DNA of 64,000 nucleotides. Source: Eledone cirrhosa. Its lineage: Eukaryota. Below are positions 28,101 to 40,100 of the stretch, piece by piece. The DNA lies in assembly GCA_964016885.1 (NCBI GenBank), contig OZ024741.1, forward strand, positions 395,994,001-396,058,000, in the 5' to 3' direction. Made by a program: the position numbers and the translations under genes. How positions within the stretch are numbered: position 1 is the stretch's first letter; the number at the start of each line of letters is the position of its first letter. The notes beneath the pieces were generated by a model. That model saw only the letters and a list, made by a program, of their open reading frames with translations, made no database searches and had not been told where the DNA came from.

Positions 28101-31100
28101 GACATGTGGTCTCTTGACCAGACATGTCTCATAACATGACATGTGGTCTCTTGACCAGACATATCTCATAACATGACATGTGGTCTCTTGACCAGACATG
28201 TCTCATAACATGACATGTGGTCTCTTGACCAGACATGTCTCATAACATGACAAACTATCTAACCCATGCAGGTGTGAAAAATAGACATTAAATGATGATG
28301 ATGGTGAAGATAATGATGATGATGATGATGATGATGATAATGACAATAATGATGATGATGAATATAAGGATGATGATGATGATGATGATAATAATTGTTT
28401 CTACTTTTGGCACAAGGCCAGCAATTATCCCAGTGTATTACTGGTACTTTATTTTATCGACCCCGTAAGGATGAAAGGCAAAGTTAACCTTGGCAGGATT
28501 TTAACTCAGACCATAAAGGGCCGTAACTCTTTGCTGCATGGCGTCCGACCCTCTACCGATACTACCAATCCACCTCCATGATGATAGGGTTGTTAAAAAG
28601 ACACTGTAACTCACTTCTAGGATGTTACTGACTACAACTGATTTGCCAGTTGTATAAAATGGCATTAACCCAGTCGGCAACAACAGTAAGACCAACAACG
28701 CTATCAGGACAATAATGAAGTTATGCCACACCCCAGCACAGTATATTCTCAGTTGTCGAATTGGTGATATCACTTTCAGGTGTTCAGTTGACATTTCAAC
28801 AAAGGCCCCGGGGTACAGTATTAAGATGAAAAATCCAAAACCATTCACACGAACTTGTTCCCTAGAAAGAAAAAATAATAATAAAAATAAAAACAACTGA
28901 CACATTGTTGCTTTAGATATCAACAATTTAATCTGCAGCACGCTGTCGGTGACAAATTGTGACAAGAGAGTAATCTCCCCTTAACCCTTTAGCATTTAAA
29001 CCGGCTATATCCAGCCAGAACTCTCACCTCTTCCTGTTCAAACCAGCTGTAACTGGCTGCTCATACCTACATTAAGGTATTATTCTCAAAATAAATAACA
29101 TCAAAATCTCCTAGATTCGATATTGTGTAAGAAAGCCTTTACTGTGAACACACAATAGTAAATATAGCAATGTAAATGCTAAAGGGTTAATCCAGTATCA
29201 AGGGAAGCAATTCATATAACAAATTCAGCATCCTAAAGATTAAATGTTTGTTTTATGGGTTTATCACCATCGTCACTGTTTAACGTCCATTTTTCCACGG
29301 TTGCATGGGTTAGATGGGTCATCCACGTCATAAGACAAGTCTGGCCAGATTGGCCGTACCTTGCTCAGACAGAACTGTATATTTGGACGGGAGTTTTACA
29401 GCTGGATGCCCTTCCTAACACCAACCACATTTACGATGGTGTTGGTAGTGGTGGTGGAGATGATGGTGGTGGTGGTGGCAGTGATGGTGGTTGGTGATGG
29501 TGGTGGTGGTGGTAGCAGTGGTGGTGGTGGCAGTGGCGGTGGTGGTGGTGGTGGCAGTGGCTGTGGTGGTGGTGGTGATGGCAGTGATGGTGGTGATGGT
29601 GGTGGTGGTTAGTGATGGTGGTGATGGTTGTGGTCGTGGCAGTGATGGTGATGGTGGTGGTAGCAGTCATGGCAGTGATGGTGGTGATGGTGGTGGAGGT
29701 GATGATGGTGGTGATGGTAGTTGTGGCAGTGATGGTGATGGTGGTGGCAGTGATGGTGATGGTGGTAGTGGCAGTGATGGTGATGATGGTGGTGGTGGTA
29801 GTGGCAGTGATGATGGTGGTGGTGGTGGTGGCAGTGATGGTGATGATGGTGGTGGTGGTAGTGGCAGTGATGATGGTGGTGGTGGTGATCAATGATGACA
29901 TTAGAACAGAGTTTAACCATACCTGACAGCTGCAAGAGCGTGGCCAAATTCATGAAGAATTCCACATATTAATAGTGTCAGTAAATAATATGACATCTGG
30001 CTTGTTGGTAAATTCACACCTGGCATCTGGAGATATATCAATATAACAAATAACCAAAGTTACAGTAATAACAACTTATAAGATATGAGGGTGGGTTAAA
30101 AAGTTCAGAGGGTGACTATGAAGTAGTGATGCTAGGGCTATGAAATCTTGCATCCATTAATTTCAACTGCATATGGACTATGTTGAAAAATAAACCTCAT
30201 GAGAGTATCTTGGTCAGTCTATGAACTTTCAAGCTTCTGCCAGCTACTGTTACCATGTAACCCAGTACAACCTGCTTCATGGTCAAATGGTCAGCAACTA
30301 AACCAACTCCCCCACCAGACCCTGGTATGGTCAGGTCAGGCTTCTGCCTGTTACTGTTACCATGTAACCCAGTACAACCTGCTATATGGTTGAGTGGTCA
30401 GCAACTAAACCAACTCCACCTTGGTCAGGTGAGGAGGGTAAGTAGAACCCCAACAATACAAATAACTGTTAAAAGGGCAGATGAACTCCTCAGAGTCAAA
30501 GGTCATCCACCCCAACTATGTGTTAAATAGCTCACCAACCCACAATTGGCCTGAGATGTGACCAAAACAAAACAGAAAGTGGTGGAGGTCAATCAACCAG
30601 AGAGGGGGCCCTCCAACGGTGGTGAAAATGCCCTGGATTGGATCTTCCTATTTCATTGATCCAGGGACATGTCCTACCCCATATTGGTCAATACTGACTC
30701 CCAGAGGTCAATGAGATTACTCAAAGGGTCATAATTTGTCTTTGAAGTCTGTTTATATGGTCCTCTTGTTTGAGTTTAAAGCTCAAAACCAAATACTCTG
30801 ACTCAGTTGGAGGAATGCATTCATCATATACTGACCAACATACTGAGTTCCTGATGAAGTTAGTCAAGGATATACCTAGATTATTACAAACACTGGTAGA
30901 CAACACTGGTGCCTATGTAGAATTTTAACACTCTACTGTAACTCTACCATTACACTGTCCATAATAAATCATGTTTTATGAATATTAACAAATAATTAAT
31001 AAAGTTATTAACAATTTTAAATAGGGAGTTAATTTCTATCCAGTCTGTAACTAATTAATTTTCACAATGGAAGCACATGGCTTAGTGGTTAGAGCATTGG

Positions 31101-34100
31101 CCTTGCAATCGAAAGGTTGTGAGTTCAATTCTCAGACCGGGTGATGTGTTGTGTCCTTGAGCAAGACACTTTATTTCACATTGCTCCAGTTTACTCAGCT
31201 GTAGAAAAGAGATTCCACTGCAAAGTGGCTGTGGAGGTGCCACGGCAAAAAAAGCACCCAGCACTCACTGTAAATGAGGTTGGTGTTACGAAGGGCATCC
31301 AGCTGTAGAAATCAAGCCAGAATCAGTTCCCGTCCCACCCTTGCAAGCAGGGAAAAGCGGACATAAAATGATGATGATGATGATGATGATGATGAATGTG
31401 ATCTATAAGTCTAAAGACTAGTGTAAGGATTGTCAAAATGAGACAATGTCCCTACCACCACTACTACCATCATCATCATCTATATATAAATTTGAGCGAC
31501 ATCCATCCATCTGTCCATCACACAATTTGTGTGTATGTGTGTAAGGAAGGAAGGGGATGGTGAAAATACTATAGCAAAACAGTGGCTGGCATTCTACTTG
31601 ATACGCTGTGTGTGAGTGTATGAGTATCTGTGTGTTTGTGTGAATGTATGTGTATTTGCGTGTATTTTTGTAAGTGTGTCTGTGTTTGCGTGTTTATATT
31701 TATATCCGCATATATCAGTAGAGGGCCTGACACCATGCTTTGCAGCATAGAGTTACGGCCCTTTATGATCTGAGTTCAAATCCCGCTGAGGTTAACTTTG
31801 TGTTTTATGCTTATGGGGTTGGTAAAATAAAGTACCAGTCACGCACTGGGGTCGATTTAATCGACTTTCCTCTCCTCTCAAATTGCTGGCCTTGTGCCTA
31901 TATAAGAAACCATATTTATATACTCATACATATACACATACACACACACACATATACACATGCTAGTCATTTAAAAATTGAAACATACCACTGGTGTTAA
32001 TAGTTGCTGATCTACAGGTTGTCGGCTTAAAGTGTTGAAAACCATCAGAGTAAGAACAAATAAAGACGCCAGCATGGAAACTAAGCCGAAGGCAACACCA
32101 ATTGAGAACCATATTTGTAAGAAGAAAGGCTTCGACTGACCAAGACGGAGGAATGCTCGATTGAAACATGTTGTGTACCAACGTAGCTGACCAATGGAAA
32201 TAGAAATACCAGTTCTTTCCAGTAGTTGAAGGTAACGTAAAGCAGCCAGGTGGTAACTCTGCAAAGAAAGATGAAATAATAGTTATTCATATATTTCTTA
32301 TTCATAGTGACTGTTTACTTTGAAGTTTCACAGACATTACAAGCTTATCAAAGCCATAATGGTAAGATGAATCTTTCACTATATATCGCCTTAACTGAGT
32401 TTAACCCTTTAGCATTTAAACCAGCCATATCTGGCCAGAATTCCCTCACCACTTTATGTTCAAACAGGCCATAACCAGCTGTTCATTATTTATGTTAAGG
32501 TAAATCTAAATAAATATCAAAATAAATATCAAAATCTCATAGATTCGATATTATGTGAAGTAAAGCCTTTACCATGAAAATATAATAGTAAATAAAGAGT
32601 AATGTAAATGCTAAAGGGTTAAGTGAGAGATGGTAGGTAGATGTAGTCAACACAAATACAAGGAAGGCAGGGGGAATGATGGGTGTAGATAACATTAAGC
32701 AATAGGTAGAGTGTGGGTAGGTAAAAATTAACAGAAAATGGGTATAGGAAATATTTACCATCTGTTAATTTAATAGTTAGTAAATTTCCCTTGTATGGAC
32801 TTAGCAAACCCTTTAGCATTTAAACCAACCGTATCCGGCCAGAATTCCCTCATCTCTGTTTTTTGTCACTGGCTATAACCAGCTGTTCATACTGTAAGGT
32901 ATTGTTCTCAAAATGAATAATATCAAAATCTCATAGATTCGATGTAATGTGATAATCCTGTGAGGTTAAGCCTTTACTGTGAAAATACAATAGTATATAT
33001 AGAGTAATGTAAATGTTATGTGAGATATTATATGAGGTTAAGCCTTTACCATGAAAATACAATAGTATATATAGAGTGATTTCTTTATTTGCCACTAGGG
33101 CACAAAAGGTAGGGACAGATACAAGGGGGGAAGTTTACATATAATTAACGAGTACAAAAATATAACAATGAAATAACAACAACAAACGAAGTCCTCAATA
33201 GGGAGGGGGCATTAACATGGGTCACACACACCCCGGAAAAAATGTGCAACCCTTCTCCTCAGGAGCACAAAGAGTAGGTGCTTCCCTCGTCTCCTCTTTT
33301 CCCTCTTCTTTCACCTACAGGCTGATATAGAGAGAAGACCCATTCACTCTGGCCATTCTCCCTACTTTCACCCACCTTTCATAAAACTTGCTGGGGTAGA
33401 GCACCTCTCTCTCCATTCTGATCCTTCTTTTAAAATGGTATTTGAAAAAGGGGACCAGTTGTTGGCCGGAGAGAAAGGTGTCTGACCTCAGCCCTTTCAG
33501 CCTCGTCCACCATACAACTTCTTTAGCCATGGCTATCACAGAGAAAAACCGCCTCTCCTTCGTTTTTGAAAGAGGGAGGCGGTTTGATTGTGACAATGGA
33601 CTCGGTGGTCAACCGGATTGGTCCCACCCTCGACAGTAATCGTTCCACATAGCCCCACAGGTCAGCAATGCCTGGGCAGTGTACGAATGCGTGCGCAACG
33701 GTTTCGTCGTCATGCACGCATCTCGGACAGATCTTATTCAAAGGATCCCTACCCAGGCTCCCATGCCTGTGGAGCTTGTCTCGAACGGGTAGAGCCCCTC
33801 GGTAGCACTGCCAAGCCAGGGACTTTTGGAAGTTGTCCATCGGTCCAGGGCCAAACGTCCTACCGAACAGACTGGCCAGTTCATATTCCTCCATGCCTAG
33901 AGCTTCTCCGAGGGCATTGTCGCACCTGCTGCGTACCAACCCTCTATAGAATGTCGAGGTGGAGTCTCCACTGATTGCCGGGTTTGCTTTCCAGAGGGCC
34001 GTGAGCGCCTGGGCACATTCAATGTACCAGTCGCCCACATTTCTCAGTCTTTGCTTGACCCAGGATTGCAGCTCGGTGAACGAGACGAGTCTGGGAAAGG

Positions 34101-37100
34101 CTCGCCTCACAAACGGGGCCCACACCGGTTGACCGGTGAGGAATACCTGCAGGTGCCGTAGCCTTAATGCGTGTTTACGCATCTGTAGCCACGGCATCCC
34201 CAGCCCTCCTTTCGAAGGGTGTTGACAGCAGATGGATCTCACCAAAGGGGTCCGCTTGTTCCAAAGAAATTGGAACAGCGCGCACTCCATTTTGGCAAGT
34301 CTTTTCACTGGGCAAGGTACGACGGTCAAGCGGTAGTAGATGACGGATGCTATATAAGCATTCGCCGCCTCCGCTAGACCTTTCAGGGAGAGTTTTCACT
34401 GGGCCCACTTCTGGGCGAGTGCAAACACCCTGGCCGTTACCTCGTTCCAGTTTTTCTCCACCTGGAGGTCGGGTCCGAACCAGACCCCAAGCAGCTTCAC
34501 CGGGCCTTCCGTCCAGCGTCCGACGACGTCGTTGGAGGGCATCGGTTTGCCTCTCCATGTTCCGAGTTGCAAACCAACGGACTTGTCTCGGTTCAGCTTG
34601 GCTCCTGTAAACCTTTCATATTCCTCCAGTAAGGCGCCGATCTCACCGATTTGCGAGGTTCTCGACACCATTACTGTCACGTCATCGGCGTAGGCCGACG
34701 CCGCTTTCTGCAATCCCGGTTCCAAAGGGATGCCCTGCAACCACTCCAAATTCCGCAGTAGTGGCTCAAGAGCCAGCACATACAGAAGGGAGGAGAGAGG
34801 GCATCCCTGTCGGATGGATCGCATGATTTGGAACGGCTCTGAGAGGTGGCCATTCACCTTGACCCTTGAGCAGACGTTGCTGCTGTGCAACGCAGCAATC
34901 CAACCCCTGAAAACGGGTCCGAAGCCTGCTGCCGCGAGTATCGCATCCAGGTAACGATGGTCAACCCTATCGAAAGCTTTAGATTGATCCAAGTTGATCA
35001 GGGCCCCACCAAAGCCGGGTTCATTCCCTACCCTCTCAATGATGTATCACATAAGGTGGAGATTGTCGTGAATGGACCTGGACGGGATTGCGCATGTCTG
35101 CGCTTCTCCCACCAGGTTTCCGACGAGAAGCGCCAACCTCTTCGCTAACACCTTGGCCAAAATCTTTAACTCTGCATTTAGCAGAGTTATGGGCCTGAAG
35201 GTACTTATGTCATCCCCCTTGTTCTCGTCCTTCCTCACCAGCGTAACTACGCCCTTGGCCACAGAACTGGGAATTCTCCCGTTCTGCTGCCAGTTGCAGT
35301 AGACCGCTTCGAGGATATCGGAGAACAAGTCCGGCATCGCTACATATAGCTCGTATGGTAAACCATCGAGACCCGGGGATTTGTGTTTGCCGCATTGGCT
35401 CAGCGCCGCCCCTATCTCAGCAGCTGAAATCGGCCTTTCGCAGGACTTCGGCTCCCCGTCCGAGAGGTGCGGCAGACCGTCGAGGTATGGATTGAAATCC
35501 ATAGTCTCACCCGGCGTGCCGCCCCTCCCGAACAGTCGTGTAAAGTGCCGCTAAAAGGCCGCACACATCTGCCCAGGTTCAAGGATCACACGCCCATCCT
35601 GGTCCTTCAAAGACCGAATCATGGATTTTTGGACAGCTAAATGTGTCCCTATCCTTCTCTCTAACTAGGACCCTATCTAGGTACGACCTAGATGTTCCAC
35701 TGCGATTGGTCCACGTCCATAGTGGTACAGTCGGAAAATCTAGTCGATATCTATCGGCCAGGTCAAATCGGCCGATTAACCTTTTGAGGCTTTTACACGC
35801 CCCTCTATTGGCACATGCCCCTACATAGTCCCAACGTGCATCCAGGATACCATTCCAGTCCCCCACTAAAAGCAAGGAGCGGGACGTTCCCAGAAAAGTT
35901 TCCAGACGTTGGAAGTATTCTGGCCGCGCTGCCCAAAAAGGAGCGTACACAGCTATTAGTCTAAGGGCTCCACTTTCACTACTGCCGACGTCTAAAACCA
36001 CCAGTCGACCCTCCGGGTCCAGGTGCACCTTCTGTATGGCGAGGCCCAGGTGTTTTCGCAGCAGAACGACAACTCTACACCCACCCCCCGGTTGACAGAG
36101 AGATGCGAAGATCTCAAAGTCGTCGAAGAGGGGCGCCAGTTGGTGCTCGCTGCTGATCCTGGACTCGCAAATAGCCATTACATCCATTCTATGCGACCTG
36201 AGATCGTTTAAAAGTTTGCCTTGTTTCCAAGACAGTCCCAGGCCGCGTACATTCAGACACCCAACTCTTATATCAGCCATGTTGGTTAAAAGAGGAAGGA
36301 CCTACCTGTTCGGCTCCTGAGGAGCAGGTTGCACAATATCCATGGGCGTATTGGAGGGGTTGTTTGGTGGGGTGTTGTTCTGTGGTGGAGTGGGGGTGTT
36401 TGGTGAGGTGTGGGTGGGGAAACGTTTCAAGAGGACGCGGTTATAGGGTCGAGTACATGTTTTCCCCACGTCCTCAGGAAAGTTCTCTCTTAGTTTTGCA
36501 TAGGTGTCCATTGGGAGTCTTATCATTTTTAAATGCGGTTTGTTGGCCGCGCTTTCAAAGAATTGCCCTTCAGTTTCCACCGAAGGGTCTTTGTGTATTG
36601 TTTTTACTAGTTCTTTGTTATTTGTGTTAATGTATGTATACTGTTTTATTTGTGTTGTGTTTGTTTGTTGTTCTTGTGTGTGCTTACGTTTTGTTGTATG
36701 TGTTATGTTTTGGGGTGGGGCGGATTTTGTTTGTTCTGTTTGTTTTGTTTTTGTTGGTGGTTGTGTGTTTGTTTCGTTTATGTTCGAGTGGTGCTTTCTT
36801 TTTTTCCTTTTTACAGGTTGGAAGGGTTCCCCCTCTTCGTCACTAGGTGCCGTTTCCGCTGGGTCCTCGTCCGTGCTGTCGGGTAGTGGTGTATTTTGGG
36901 GTTTTGTTGTATTTGTGTGTGTTTTGGGAGTTGTTTTGGGTGGGGCCGTGTCTTGTGTTATTTTTCCGTGTTGTTTTTGTTGTTGTTGTGGTGGTGGCGG
37001 TGGTGGTGTGTGGGGTGTAGGCAAAAGAGCCTTTTTTTTTGTCAATTGAGGACAAGCAGCCCTTAGATGACCCCTGCTTGAACAGTAGTAACATATGGGC

Positions 37101-40100
37101 CTCCTACCCTCGGCTGAAATATATATAAATGTTTCTCCATCGAGGGACACCCTCTGTGGTATTCTAGCTATTCGTTCTGGTCTCATTTGGACCAGAACCT
37201 CCACGCTCCAACCGCCGAAAACGTCTGTGGTGACTTCTCCTACTGAAAGGATTCCGTCCTCGTCTTCTAAAAATCCTGTTAGTACCCAGGAAATGCATGC
37301 ATTTGGCCGGATTCCGGAGACCCTTATCTTCTGCGTTCTTTTCCCTAAATATGTGGGGGAAAATGTATGTAGCTTGGAAACAATTAGCGCCACAGAGTAT
37401 TTCCTGGCCGTCAATTGATCCTTCATTAGGACCGTTATATTCCCATAGAGTGGCCCTTTTTGTATGAACGATATATCACTCCACACATTTTTTAGGACCA
37501 GCTCAATCTCTTTTTGGGATAATTGAGTTGGTTTCCTTGTTATGTTGGAAATTGTTCTGAAAGATATCGTTCTTAGCGTCGTGTCTCTTTTGATTTCTTG
37601 TGGGGAGGTGATTGTGAAGTCTCCTCCTTCTTTGAAAGTTACATACTGTTTCGCTTCCTTCATCTTTTCTCTCAGAGTTGTAATGTCCAGTTGCTTGCAG
37701 GTTTGTGTTTTCCGGACCGCCTGTGCAAAGGAGGCACCAGTAGTGGGTTCGCTTTGTTTGGTGTTATCGTTATTTTTTCCTTGGTTGGTGTTGTGACTAT
37801 TGCTGTTATTGTCGTTGTTGTTTTTGTCTGTGTTTATGTGACTTTCTGGGTTTTCACCCATTTTTACAAATTTTTCTTTTAATTCCGTGTTCCATGTTTC
37901 TTTTGCAGAAGTGAGGAGGGAAGACTTAGAGCCTTGTGCTTCTAGCTTCTCTGTATCACCTTTCTTAGGGGGCGTGGCTTTCACGTTAGGATGAGATGTG
38001 AAAATTCCGTCCATTTCTATTAGTTTGCCGTAATAAGTTTTTAACTGGAAAATTCGCCCCAAAAAGGGGCGAAAATAAATAAACTCAAAGTTTGACGACC
38101 AAGGCAAGGGGTTAACGTATATTACAGTATAAAAAAATTAATCAAAACTCACTTTTGAGTAAGTAAATCTGACTCGGTAGCCGAGCTTGTTCACACACGT
38201 CAACACACGTCTCTCGTATACGAGATGTTATGTGAGATATTATGTGAAGTAAAGCCTTTACTGTGAAAATACAATAGTATATATAGAGTAATGTAAATGT
38301 TATGTGAAATATTATGTGAGGTAAAGCCTTTACTGTGAAAATACAATAGTATATATAGAGTAATGTAAATGTTATGTGAGATATTATGTGAGGTAAAGCC
38401 TTTACTGTGAAAATATAATAGTATATATAGATACATTACATTTCTCAAGCGACCCTTCGGCAAGGATAAAGATTCAAAGAATTCTGAAACTTTTGACCAC
38501 CGACAGGTTCATTTTATACTTGCTGAGAGAGGAGAGGGTGTGAGAGGACCTGTAGGCTTATAAACAATGCATTGGGGGACAGAGGAGAGAAGAAGGAAGA
38601 ATGTTCCCCAAAAAGTTAACGAGAAGGTTATTTTTTTTATAATCTAAACCTACAAATTTGACCATAATTTAAATGAACGTATAACAGTAATCAGTGTTTA
38701 AATACGAGAAGGTTATTAAACGAACGAATAAAGATAAATTCAGCTCATGTTACCGGACGAAAATGCAAAGATTCCTCTTTATTTCAGACGCGGATGGCTA
38801 ACATAACCCCATCTCCCTCACCCCTCCCTGCACCTCCAACCCATCTCTTCCACCCACCAAACGAAATCCAAAACTTCAGAGTTGGTACCATGTAGGCACT
38901 TTAAAAGGTCGCTCTAACGAGGTTGTAGAGATGCTTGAACGTAAGGAAGTTGATGCTTGTTGCATCCAAGAGACTAGGTGGAGGGGTGGGTCTGCTAGAT
39001 TCATTGTGGGTAAAAAAACGATGCTATAAACTTTTCTGTGTGGGAAATGAAAATGGGCTGGGTGAAGTAGGAATTATATTAGCAGAAAAATGGGTAGATA
39101 AGGTAATTGCCGTAAATAGACTGAACGACAGAATAAAATAAGACTTGTCCTAAATAGAACTACTGTGACAATAATATCCACTTATGCAACCCAATCTGGA
39201 CTACCTGACGTTATCAGATTCTATGAGTCGCTAATGCTCACTACCTCCCAAATAACCGACAGTGACTACATAATTATTGCTGGTGACCTAAATGGTCATG
39301 TTGGACAACATTGTGACGGCTATGACGGAATCCATGGAGGCTACGGGTTTGGTACCAGAAATGAGGAAGGCTTCAGAATCCTGGAATTCTGTGACGCTAA
39401 TAACCTAACTATCTGTAACACAAGCTTCAAAAAACGAGACAATCACTTGATCACCTATAGATCAGGGGAACATGCCAGTCAGATAGATTATATCCTTACC
39501 AGAAGACGTGACAGAGTGTCTGTTGTAAACACTAAATCCCTCCCCCGCGAAGAATGCACCTCCCAACATAGCCTAGTAGTTAGTGACCTCATAGTCAGGA
39601 ATAGACATACTCAACAACAGAGGAGGACTACCCTGAGAAGAAGAATATGGAAGTTAAAAGACCCCATAGCCAGTAACAAATTTAAAAGCATATTACTTAA
39701 TGTTTTTGACAGTAAGGAAGAGCAATTAAAGATCTACAGTATAGAGGAACAGTGGGATTCCTGAAAGTTAATCTGCTGAAAGCGACAGATGAAATCTGTG
39801 GCTGGAGCAGACCTATAGGCAGGAGGAGAGTAACATGGTGGTGGAACAGTAAGGTGGAGGAGTCAATCAAGCCCAAAAAGCAAGCTTGGAAAGTATGACG
39901 GGATGGGGGAAGTAGAGAACACTATCAATTGGCCAGGAGGGAAGCTAGGAGACAATTATACTTTGCAAGAAGGGAAGCAGAGGAAAGAAAGTTCAAGCAT
40001 GTTCTACAATGTGAGGACCAAAAACGTAAGGTGTTCAGGATTGCTAGACAATGTGTCAAGGAAAACCATGATATTGTCGGAGAGAAGTGTGTCCATAATG

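Noticed and set aside
15973-28252. 29-37-bp repeat arrays as CRISPR
   Set aside because: Head-to-tail repeats with no unique spacers, no cas genes, and a eukaryotic intronic context.
29431-29965. Poly-His/Thr/Gly/Val ORFs (also poly-Asp/Ser at 15606-15981)
   Set aside because: Translations of trinucleotide microsatellites within introns.
30240-30940. Possible old LINE 5' relic or HDV-like ribozyme with a short duplication
   Set aside because: Too degenerate; I could not build the nested pseudoknot or a convincing reading frame.
36364-37882. Antisense ORFs overlapping LINE ORFs (also 9449-12525 and 22181-23329)
   Set aside because: Shadow frames caused by strand compositional bias, with no recognisable domains.
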